From a virus (lineage: Duplodnaviria > Caudoviricetes), in the IMG/VR virus record IMGVR_UViG_3300037790_000023, positions 1 through 46,195 of that record: 46,195 nucleotides of DNA; one strand, given 5' to 3'. The notes beneath the pieces were generated by a model. That model made no database searches and had not been told where the DNA came from. It saw only the letters and a list, made by a program, of their open reading frames with translations. A program made the position numbers and the translations under genes. Below are positions 6,832 through 15,142 of this stretch, piece after piece. Within the stretch, counting starts at the first letter, position 1. Every line of letters starts with the position of its first letter.

Positions 6832-7638
6832 ATGAAAACCAAACACGATGAAGTTTTAAGAATTACATTTCAAAAGCTTAAATATTTAAACTACTCTGAC
6901 AGAACGATTGAAACCTATATTCATTACTGTAAGAAGTTTTTAGAATCGGTGGATAAATATCATCAGCACTTGGTGGCAAGTGATTTTCAAAGCTACTTGA
7001 ATGGATATAATTTTACATCAATAAGCCAGCAAAATCAGATTATAAACGCTATAAAGTTCCTGTATAAAAAAGTACTTGGGCGGTCTTATGGCAAGGTGAA
7101 TTTTCAACGACCTCGCAAAGAAAAGAAACTCCCTCGCCCAATTGATAAAGACTTCCTTGTTTCGTGTATAAATCAGATTGAGAATTTGAAGCACAAGGCA
7201 ATTTTATCGCTTGCTTTTAGTGTAGGGTTAAGAGTTTCTGAGGTGATTAATCTAACAATCTCCGATATTGACAGCAAGCGTATGATGATATTTATAAGAG
7301 AATCGAAAGGTAGGAAAGATAGATACGTTCCTTTAAGTGAAGGTTTGTTGAATCTATTAAGACTTTACTTCAAGGAATTTAAGCCGAAAGTTTACCTGTT
7401 TAATGGTCAAAATAAAAATCAATACACTTCTTCAAGTTGCAATAAATTAGTAAAAAGGTATGTTGGTAGGAAATATCATTTTCATCAACTTAGGCATAGT
7501 TCCTTTACTGCGATGATGGAAAATGGAACCGACACAAGGATAATTCAAAAGTTAGCGGGTCATTCAAGCATTAAAACCACTCAGGTTTATACTCATGTTT
7601 CAAATTTTTCACTTCAAAATATTGCTCTTCCAATATAA
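6832..7638 (+). CDS. Tyrosine recombinase with N-terminal SAM-like domain, integron-integrase-related
   Basis: YSDRTIETY N-domain; catalytic R (GLRVSE), K (KGRKDR), HQLR, H (LAGH), Y (QVYTHV). Confidence 0.92.
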   Translation: MKTKHDEVLRITFQKLKYLNYSDRTIETYIHYCKKFLESVDKYHQHLVASDFQSYLNGYNFTSISQQNQIINAIKFLYKKVLGRSYGKVNFQRPRKEKKLPRPIDKDFLVSCINQIENLKHKAILSLAFSVGLRVSEVINLTISDIDSKRMMIFIRESKGRKDRYVPLSEGLLNLLRLYFKEFKPKVYLFNGQNKNQYTSSSCNKLVKRYVGRKYHFHQLRHSSFTAMMENGTDTRIIQKLAGHSSIKTTQVYTHVSNFSLQNIALPI

Positions 7639-7642
7639 AACG

Positions 7643-7864
7643 CTAAACATTCCTTGTGAGGTGTTCTAGGTTTATTCCCCACTCTTCTAAGCTGTTGTTA
7701 AATTCGTGTCTTGCTGGATTGTTAGGGTTCTTTACAAAGTACTCATTAAGGTCGTGAAGGACGAAAGACATTCTTTGAGCTGCTATCATTTGTTCTAATT
7801 TCAATAAGTGTTCAGGGTTTAAAAGATTCCCTTCTATTTTCATGTTAATTCTATCTTCGCTCAT
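7643..7864 (-). CDS. Hypothetical protein
   Basis: 73 aa ORF with ATGA overlap to the upstream gene. Confidence 0.65.
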   Translation of the reverse strand: MSEDRINMKIEGNLLNPEHLLKLEQMIAAQRMSFVLHDLNEYFVKNPNNPARHEFNNSLEEWGINLEHLTRNV

Positions 7865-9132
7865 ATCACAATTTCCATTACTGTTTTGCCGACATGAAGT
7901 TTACTCACACTTTTAGCATTATACGCTTCTAACTCCCTTATCACATTGTAGCCTTCGCAATTCGCGAATTGCAAATCTATGTATTGGTAATACCTTTCTT
8001 TGCCTATAGCTACATAACATACGCCTGATGCCCTGCCTTGTAATCCTAATGCGTTTTCGTTAAAAGAGTTGGAGCCACTCATTGAGCCACTTCTACAACT
8101 TATATCCGTTGCTCTATGCGCGTGTATGTGACCACCTATAACAAAGTCTATCAATATTCCTTTAAGAGCCTGAACGCCTATTGATGATTGCGTGTTTTTT
8201 TGTTGATCTAAAGTCTTATCGAGATTGTGTTTTATAAGCCAGTTCTGCTCACCTACTTTTACTACTATCTCTAAATCATCGTGGGAGTGGAATCTTATCC
8301 CTTCAATTCCTGAAAATTCAAATATCTGTTTAAGTTGGGCAATAATGGTAAAGTCGTAGTTGTCCGAAAAAGCCTCTTTGCTAAATGTCATTTCCTTACC
8401 TACCCTGCTTTCATTACCCAGCACCGAAACTATATCCACCTCAAAACCTTCATTCCTTACCTCTAATATCATTTGCTTTAAGAGGTGTATCATTAAGATA
8501 CTTGCCTTGCTTCTGTTTGTAGATGCGTTCAGTAATTCATCTAATCGCCTATCAGAGTTTAATAAATCGCCTGTAAAAGCGATTAAGACTTTAGATACCT
8601 TACGATGCTTAAAATACTCTAAACTCTCCCTCGTGTACTTTTTGAGCCTTTTGGATAGTATATTGAAATCGTATTTATTATGAGGTAGGTCTATCAATTC
8701 ATTGCCGTGAACATCTGTGATTTGCATCACACCAATCCCACCTGTATTTAATTTGATGGGATTGATGTTTATTGAGTTAGACAAAATTTGTCCAAATTGT
8801 TTATTCTGCTCAACAAGTGCCGCCCCAAATTCGGATACAGCATTTTCAACACGATAGAACTCGCGCCTTGTTTTTCGTTCAATCCTTAGTTTGTCTGCTG
8901 ATTTTTGATACTTCTTTTCAAGGATTACATTCTCGGCTATTATTTCATTGTCGGCCAACCATCTTTTTAGTGCATCACCAATGGTTCGCCTTAACCCATC
9001 TTCGCTGCATCGGTCTGAAATTTCAGGATGTTTGTGATAAAGTAGTTTGGCAACATGGGTAATATTGCCGTCCAACTCTTCATAAGATTCTAATATCTCA
9101 TCCTTGTAATCGTGAATGTATGGTTTTGCCAT
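7861..9132 (-). CDS. Calcineurin-like metallophosphoesterase with N-terminal HTH/coiled coil
   Basis: TDVHG, TGDLLN, LGNE, KH and GHIH motifs. Confidence 0.8.
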   Translation of the reverse strand: MAKPYIHDYKDEILESYEELDGNITHVAKLLYHKHPEISDRCSEDGLRRTIGDALKRWLADNEIIAENVILEKKYQKSADKLRIERKTRREFYRVENAVSEFGAALVEQNKQFGQILSNSININPIKLNTGGIGVMQITDVHGNELIDLPHNKYDFNILSKRLKKYTRESLEYFKHRKVSKVLIAFTGDLLNSDRRLDELLNASTNRSKASILMIHLLKQMILEVRNEGFEVDIVSVLGNESRVGKEMTFSKEAFSDNYDFTIIAQLKQIFEFSGIEGIRFHSHDDLEIVVKVGEQNWLIKHNLDKTLDQQKNTQSSIGVQALKGILIDFVIGGHIHAHRATDISCRSGSMSGSNSFNENALGLQGRASGVCYVAIGKERYYQYIDLQFANCEGYNVIRELEAYNAKSVSKLHVGKTVMEIVI

Positions 9133-9260
9133 GTTGTTGTTGTGTTGTATAGCCTCTACATCCGATAAATTAAAATATCGGAGTTTAAGCCGATTTTATG
9201 TAAGGAATGATAGTATTATGATGATTAATAGAATGGCAATGGCTATGGATGATTTCATTT

Positions 9261-9719
9261 TCATCCTTTGTTCAGAAAGCTAAAAATGTACTTCCTGATT
9301 ACGAACCCTATAATAAAAAGCAAAGCCATACCCATTGCGCCTATTTGAATACCGTATTTAGCCCTTGTTCTTTGCCACCAGCTTAATTCTACTACTTCTT
9401 TTACATATACCTCTTTCACCCTGTCTACATAGGTTGTAATTTTAACCGTGTCTTTAGTTTCGCACTCGGCAGTTAATCGGTTTAAGGCATCTTTGTAAAG
9501 TCTTATTTCCGCCCCTGATTTTTTATCTATCTTGTAGATGGTGTCGGTTAAGGTGTCACAGCTTGCAATAGGCCAGTTAACCTGTAGATTAATACCTTCT
9601 AATGTTTGATGCTTAGTATTTACTTCTACCCGCTCAAATGAGTTGATTGATGGCTGCTTAGATTTACATCCGAATAGCAGTAGAGTGATTGAAATATAGC
9701 TGAGTGTGCGTAGTTTCAT
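9261..9719 (-). CDS. Putative unimolecular spanin
   Basis: N-terminal lipobox LLFGC plus C-terminal TM helix, downstream of the endolysin. Confidence 0.7.
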   Translation of the reverse strand: MKLRTLSYISITLLLFGCKSKQPSINSFERVEVNTKHQTLEGINLQVNWPIASCDTLTDTIYKIDKKSGAEIRLYKDALNRLTAECETKDTVKITTYVDRVKEVYVKEVVELSWWQRTRAKYGIQIGAMGMALLFIIGFVIRKYIFSFLNKG

Positions 9720-9930
9720 CTTTAGTAATTATTGCTAAATTACTATTTTTTAACGGAATAGATGCTATCGTATCAGAATATTATTATCTTTGGTGTGTTA
9801 AAAGTAAATCGAATCCCCCACCCCTGCATGAAACAAACTTCATTAACCTTTAATATGAGGGTTAGTGAATGAGATGTGATGTAGCAGATATGTTATCGTT
9901 GCGAAATTTTAAAACTAAACTTTATATAAA

Positions 9931-10236
9931 ATGAAATACACAGAACAAGACTTAAAAGACGAGTACGAACAAGCGGTTAAGCGTAAAGGTGAATTATACG
10001 CAGAAGGTTATATAGAAGGTATAAAAGATGCACAAAACCAAGCATTAACTATACCCGATGCTATAAACTGGGTGGCGGTTTCAGAGCAAACACCACCAGA
10101 AGGTGAGTGGGTAATTACAGGGCATAATGTAGATAAATGGGTTGATAGAGCATCTTATCATGGAGGTAGTTGGGAAAATGGCGAATGTGATATATACCCA
10201 ACACATTGGGCGCTTATTGAGCCACCTTGTCTATAA
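9931..10236 (+). CDS. Small phage protein with DUF551-like C-terminus; decayed cassette
   Basis: WVAVSEQTPP...PTHWALIEPP; TATCTTTG promoter at 9785-9792; arm remnant ALTIPDA. Confidence 0.75.
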   Translation: MKYTEQDLKDEYEQAVKRKGELYAEGYIEGIKDAQNQALTIPDAINWVAVSEQTPPEGEWVITGHNVDKWVDRASYHGGSWENGECDIYPTHWALIEPPCL

Positions 10237-10336
10237 ACACCTTACAAACAACCTCCAAAACTTACCCTTTCAGTAATTATTACTATATTCGCAACGTCAG
10301 TTTGAGAGCTGACACTTGAGAATTTGACAAAACCGA

Positions 10337-10371
10337 GAAACAGGATTGCATTTGTAGTCCTGTTTTTTTTT
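10337..10371. terminator. Terminator between convergent genes
   Basis: aaacaggattgca-tt-tgtagtcctgttttttttt. Confidence 0.75.
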
Positions 10372-10780
10372 ATTCCTCACCATCTAAAAACTGAATTGCT
10401 ATAACCGAATCACTTATACCGTGGGTATTCATAAACTCCCCCGCTGGTACTTCTAAGGGTATAGTATTTTCATCTGCAAATTGATTTCTTAAAGGGTCAT
10501 ACACTTTGCCTTTTATAACGTGAATTTTACGGTCTACATCTAAGGAATAAGGCTTACCCATGTAACCCTCTTTGATTACGGCAATCACAATTTTATCCTT
10601 CACCCCAAATTCATCGGGAATGTTCAATGCAAAATGCGCCCCCATGCCGTCCGGGTCTTTCACCCATTTTTCAACTAAGGGAATCTCCTTTTCCGTGCCG
10701 TCCTGAAATCGCGACATTATAGAATCGTGCTTTAATTCTATTTCAGCACACAACGCTTTTAACCTCTCCTTATCTCCCAT
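10370..10780 (-). CDS. Hypothetical protein in the lysis module
   Basis: 136 aa ORF overlapping the upstream gene. Confidence 0.7.
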   Translation of the reverse strand: MGDKERLKALCAEIELKHDSIMSRFQDGTEKEIPLVEKWVKDPDGMGAHFALNIPDEFGVKDKIVIAVIKEGYMGKPYSLDVDRKIHVIKGKVYDPLRNQFADENTIPLEVPAGEFMNTHGISDSVIAIQFLDGEE

Positions 10781-11069
10781 TTTTACAACCTGATTCTTTG
10801 ACTTGTCCGCGTAATTCCCGCATTTCGTCCTTTACGCTGTCAAATTGATTAATTACTTTATCTATCGCGTTGTTTGAAGTTGTTACAGCTTTTAAAGCAT
10901 CTTTCGTCAGTTCCTTTAGCTCCTCGTTGCGCTTGTCCTCCCTTTTTTCTAATTTTTTGATGTGGTAAATCAAACCAGCAATGATTGCAACCAGTATTAA
11001 AAATACTATCCCTAATCTCGCTATTTGATAAAACACATCTATAAAATCTACCACCTGTAAAACCCCCAC
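10770..11069 (-). CDS. Membrane protein, holin/antiholin-like
   Basis: One TM helix followed by a coiled coil, next to the endolysin. Confidence 0.6.
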   Translation of the reverse strand: MGVLQVVDFIDVFYQIARLGIVFLILVAIIAGLIYHIKKLEKREDKRNEELKELTKDALKAVTTSNNAIDKVINQFDSVKDEMRELRGQVKESGCKNGR

Positions 11070-11082
11070 TTTTATTGAGTTT

Positions 11083-11616
11083 TTATTTTATTCCTAGAGC
11101 CTTCCTACACTCCCCTAATCGTTTTAATCTATCAGCATAACCATTTAAACCCCCGTTTATACGCTTGGTAACCGTTTCAAACTTCCCCTCATCAGCCAGC
11201 TTGTTTAGCTTTTTATGAACCGTCCAAAACCAACCAGCGGACGCGCAAGCATTAGCGGGTTCTTCTACCTTTTCAGGATTCTTTACAAAGTCCTCATTCA
11301 TAAAGTCTGAAAAGGATTTGTAGTTCGCCCTTCCAGTAAGCTGAATAAACCCTCTACCCTTGTATCTAATCCCATCACCCGTCTCGGTATTACCTAAGTC
11401 CTTACGGCCTTCATACGCGCTCCCTGACGCTATTTCACGGACATATAAAAGGTCTAGGCTCTCATGTCCTATTTGAGCAAAGAAGAAACTTACACGCTGC
11501 GGTGTGTCTATGTCAAAAACCTGTAGCGTTTTCATCATTGGCTCGTAATATTTATTTATTCGAGCGTTTGATGTGCGCGGGAAACAGGCTTTGAATTGCT
11601 CTTTAGTCAGATTCAT
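11083..11616 (-). CDS. GH19-family endolysin
   Basis: FFAQIGHES, YKGRGFIQLTGRANY, TKRINGGLNG; likely start MNLTKEQF. Confidence 0.9.
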   Translation of the reverse strand: MNLTKEQFKACFPRTSNARINKYYEPMMKTLQVFDIDTPQRVSFFFAQIGHESLDLLYVREIASGSAYEGRKDLGNTETGDGIRYKGRGFIQLTGRANYKSFSDFMNEDFVKNPEKVEEPANACASAGWFWTVHKKLNKLADEGKFETVTKRINGGLNGYADRLKRLGECRKALGIK

Positions 11617-11836
11617 TTTTCTGTTTTGCTTTTGTTTCTTGCGCTTTACTACCCATTTTCCAGCCAGCGGCCAAGCCAACTATTCCTGATACGTAGGCTA
11701 ATGCAGGAACGCTACCCTCCATACGCACTACGTAAACACCTATTATCATTGCATAGGTTACCAATCCAAGAACTATCAATCGAGTGATTGAAAAGTTGCC
11801 TGAATCATCCTGAAAAAAACCTGACTTCTTTTCCAT
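11603..11836 (-). CDS. Putative holin
   Basis: 77 aa, two TM segments, charged C-terminus, directly upstream of the endolysin. Confidence 0.7.
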   Translation of the reverse strand: MEKKSGFFQDDSGNFSITRLIVLGLVTYAMIIGVYVVRMEGSVPALAYVSGIVGLAAGWKMGSKAQETKAKQKNESD

Positions 11837-11846
11837 ATCTATTTAT

Positions 11847-12002
11847 TTAACCATTAATCTCGTTTAGGTCGGACAAAAGGCGCAATGTTTCATCTATGAG
11901 CTTATCTACATAAGGCACATCGCTTGTTTCTCCGCTGTTTGCCAATTCCTTTTTACGTTCCTGCAACCACTCGTGGCGGTCTATTAATACTGATTCTGTC
12001 AT
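11847..12002 (-). CDS. Small hypothetical protein (not in the ORF track)
   Basis: Manual translation MTESVLIDRHEW...NEING, 51 aa, fills the operon gap. Confidence 0.55.
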   Translation of the reverse strand: MTESVLIDRHEWLQERKKELANSGETSDVPYVDKLIDETLRLLSDLNEING

Positions 12003-12009
12003 GACTTTA

Positions 12010-12270
12010 TTAATAAAATTTAGTATCGTATCCTAAAACCTTAGACATACGCTTGTTTCCCTCAATTAACCTTTGTTCATGCTCTATTTGCAAACGCTCC
12101 GTTTTCAACTCATAAACATCTGACCAAACGCTTAATAATGAGTTTAAAGAAATTGACCATCCTATCATTAGGCTAATCATAATCGTAATGAATATACCTT
12201 CCGATATTCGCTCTTTGAGGTTGTTTTCCTTTTTCCTATAGGACTTGTATTTTATCGGTTCTCTTCTCAT
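12010..12270 (-). CDS. Small membrane protein
   Basis: 86 aa with one TM helix. Confidence 0.6.
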   Translation of the reverse strand: MRREPIKYKSYRKKENNLKERISEGIFITIMISLMIGWSISLNSLLSVWSDVYELKTERLQIEHEQRLIEGNKRMSKVLGYDTKFY

Positions 12271-12275
12271 AGTTT

Positions 12276-14273
12276 TTATTCTAAAATTTGTGGTTGACTA
12301 TTTACATCTGTTGTCCATTGCACTTGTTTTTCTTGGCCTAAATCATTCCTATACGTTTGTGTCCACGTGCTGCCGTTTACATCCGTGCTTATCAAACTAT
12401 ACTCCCCTAAGCTCTCAAAAAGACTTTTAAGTAACTCCCCTGATGGTTTTAGTTGGATATTACCTCTTGCTATCCTATCTACCCTAAAAGCTATACCTGT
12501 GCTGCTATAAGTGCTTTGGTTGTCCCACGGTGGCTCGAAATTATCCCTCATATGGTATATCATAAGGTAGTCTGCATACTCTGAAGCTGTGAGCATATAC
12601 CGCGCGTTGTAATTCGCCTGTCGGTATAGAATGATAGAATCCCACTCTGGCCAAAAAACGTTATCGTACAACCACCCAGCTAATGAATCACCCTGATTGT
12701 CTATAAGCTCATGTAATGCTACATCTACTGAATCATCAATAAATACTCTGTTTAGGTTCCAATCTATAGCGGTGGCATCTGCTCCAAATTCCGATAAAAT
12801 ACAGGGTAGCCCCATACTATGTGAAAACTCACACGTCCGCTCTATTTCGTGCAACCATTCCGTATTTTCGGGTGGTATAGCGTGGGCATTGGCCGACCAT
12901 TGAAAGCCTAATTTATTGGTGCAATAGCTATTTACCGAAATCATATCAGCACAAAAAACGCTATCCGATCTAAACGTTTCAAACCATTGCTTCGCCATTT
13001 TCATGTACCCGACATTGTTGTAGGCTTGTGCCATCCATGCTACTCTAATTTCAGGAAATGAATCTTTTATACCGTACCCGAATTGCCCCTCGTGGCCATC
13101 CCAAAACACACTATAAGCAGCGGCTACCATAAAAGGGTTTAAGCGGTGATAGCCTGTTTGCCACGTTTTATCCAGTTCGTTAAAAAGCTGAATAATAGCC
13201 ACGGTGTCCAAATTATTCTCATGGATATAAGAGGCAACTTGCATCATCATATCCCGTAAGGGCTGCCAGTTTTCGGGGTCAAACTGCCTTGCCCTGTTTT
13301 CATTTCCCGTTAAATTCTCATCCCAATAAAACATTGGTACACCGTCATAAGCTGCCGCTGGAAATGAGTTTGTAAAGGTGTCTGGTGTTCCTACAAAAGA
13401 AAGCAACAACTCCCCGCCTTTGTCCGCGAACTTTTCTAATTGGTTAATGTCAAAAGCTCCTGCTGCCGCCCCTGATTTGATTAGGTTCAAGGTCTTTTGA
13501 TTCCACGTCTTTACAGATTCAACATAAGTCCGTGATATGTTAAAGAAGTTCGCATCGTAGATGTTTTGAATACCCGCTGAATCCAAAGATTCTACATGGT
13601 CATAGTCGTGTGTGGTTACGCCCCATTGGTCTTTTACTTTCTTGTTAACCACATAGCCTGATGGTTCAGGAATAGCATCTATTCTACTACCATATACCGC
13701 TACCTCACCTATGCCATTAACCGAGCCTAAAGGGTGCCTAAGCATTACATATCTTAAAGTGTCCCCTATCGGTACTTTTCGCCAAGCTAAGTACAAGCTT
13801 AGATTTATTTGAGTGACTGAATCTACATCGAAGATATTTTCTTTAGCCGTCCAAATTTGAATAGGCGTAACCCCTGCTACATCTCTTATCCAAATGCTAT
13901 CTATCTTACACCTCCCTTGCAGGTCAATAATTATTATCTGTTCATTTAAACCTGTGTTAGGTATCACTTCATAAGGTGGGCTGGCCCAAATGTTTGACGT
14001 AAATGTTGCGGTGGTGTTTAGTACCGAATCAAATAATGCCGCTGCTTCATATTGTACGGTGTGATAGTCCGCTAATATCCACTCATGGGTAACGGGTAAA
14101 AGCTCATTTGTCAACCATGTCCCTGTAGGATTTCCACCCCCGCCCTGACTGGGTGGTGTGATAAGAGTATCTAACCTCCTTATGCGTGTGGTTTTTTCGG
14201 CTTGCTGCATTACCGCTGGTAATTGTGCCTCAACCGTAAAAGAAAAGAGTAGTATGTAAATGATGTACCTCAT
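12276..14273 (-). CDS. Secreted clan GH-A-like glycoside hydrolase with discoidin-like N-terminal domain
   Basis: Signal peptide ending VEA|Q; acid/base motif QLFNELD, nucleophile motif ILSEFG. Confidence 0.7.
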   Translation of the reverse strand: MRYIIYILLFSFTVEAQLPAVMQQAEKTTRIRRLDTLITPPSQGGGGNPTGTWLTNELLPVTHEWILADYHTVQYEAAALFDSVLNTTATFTSNIWASPPYEVIPNTGLNEQIIIIDLQGRCKIDSIWIRDVAGVTPIQIWTAKENIFDVDSVTQINLSLYLAWRKVPIGDTLRYVMLRHPLGSVNGIGEVAVYGSRIDAIPEPSGYVVNKKVKDQWGVTTHDYDHVESLDSAGIQNIYDANFFNISRTYVESVKTWNQKTLNLIKSGAAAGAFDINQLEKFADKGGELLLSFVGTPDTFTNSFPAAAYDGVPMFYWDENLTGNENRARQFDPENWQPLRDMMMQVASYIHENNLDTVAIIQLFNELDKTWQTGYHRLNPFMVAAAYSVFWDGHEGQFGYGIKDSFPEIRVAWMAQAYNNVGYMKMAKQWFETFRSDSVFCADMISVNSYCTNKLGFQWSANAHAIPPENTEWLHEIERTCEFSHSMGLPCILSEFGADATAIDWNLNRVFIDDSVDVALHELIDNQGDSLAGWLYDNVFWPEWDSIILYRQANYNARYMLTASEYADYLMIYHMRDNFEPPWDNQSTYSSTGIAFRVDRIARGNIQLKPSGELLKSLFESLGEYSLISTDVNGSTWTQTYRNDLGQEKQVQWTTDVNSQPQILE

Positions 14274-15142
14274 GGAAGCATGGCCTCTATGCCTGTTCTA
14301 TTTGTTGTTTGATTGGAAGGATAGACTACTAAAAGTTTGATAGTACCAAACCAAAAAGAAGTGCCTGAATGTCCGCTCCCCATTGTAACCCTACCCAATT
14401 GGCCTGAGCCTACATTCTTTGAGCCTAAGTCTGTACCGTTTATCCAAAGTTTACTTGCTGTGGTGTTGAAAAGACCGAACCATGTAGTTTGCGCTTGGAA
14501 AGGGCTAAGGGTAGTATAGTCATTTACCGAACCTGCAAACAACCTGCAATTAGCGTCACCATTGATACCTATTACCTGCCTGTGTGTTGGGCTACCGTCT
14601 GTAATGTAGTGCGCCCCTCCGTCCGCTGCGGCATCTCTTGTAGCAATAGCTATCCTTGTGGTAGGTTGTGCGGTTGGCCCAAAGTCTACCGTTTGCAGAT
14701 AGTCTCCGTCAAACTCCATCGTGGGGTTTCCGTCATCACCTCTTATTATGGTGCCACTACTCACTATTTTAGGTTGATTACCCGCTGTAAGTTGCCTAAG
14801 ATTTCTACCGTTCCCGCTTTGGTCAAAACCTCTTCTTACAAAGCAATCCGTACCCGCGCAAAAGGTCTTTAGGGTGGCGCTATCTAAATCAGTATTTACA
14901 AACCCGATATAGGCCGTGTCATTATCGCTTGATCTTCTTACCTGTATGCAATTACCTGCATAGTCTTTATCTAGTTTGTTTAAGGCAAAAGCAAAGGCCG
15001 CGTTTGGAAAGCTATCCAATAAAAGCCATGAAGCAGGGGCGGGTGGTGTACTCCCTGCCGTGTCATGTATAGCATAGTAGTAGTTCTGCCCCGAAAGGCT
15101 TAACCCTATACTGATAAATAAGAGTAGAATCAGTTTTTTCAT
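14270..15142 (-). CDS. LamG/concanavalin-like domain protein with signal peptide
   Basis: MKKLILLLFISIGLSLSG|Q; AFALNKL..YAGNCIQVRRSSDN motif typical of phage fibre domains. Confidence 0.65.
   Translation of the reverse strand: MKKLILLLFISIGLSLSGQNYYYAIHDTAGSTPPAPASWLLLDSFPNAAFAFALNKLDKDYAGNCIQVRRSSDNDTAYIGFVNTDLDSATLKTFCAGTDCFVRRGFDQSGNGRNLRQLTAGNQPKIVSSGTIIRGDDGNPTMEFDGDYLQTVDFGPTAQPTTRIAIATRDAAADGGAHYITDGSPTHRQVIGINGDANCRLFAGSVNDYTTLSPFQAQTTWFGLFNTTASKLWINGTDLGSKNVGSGQLGRVTMGSGHSGTSFWFGTIKLLVVYPSNQTTNRTGIEAMLP

Noticed and set aside
6832-7638. Prophage integrase for the tRNA-Pro site
   Set aside because: It lies 5.3 kb from att and abuts the array end; the true integrase is probably at the other prophage end outside the window (not verifiable here)
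9748-9778. Sixth late-promoter copy upstream of the spanin
   Set aside because: The TTAACG half is present but the TGTTAG half is missing at the 14 nt spacing
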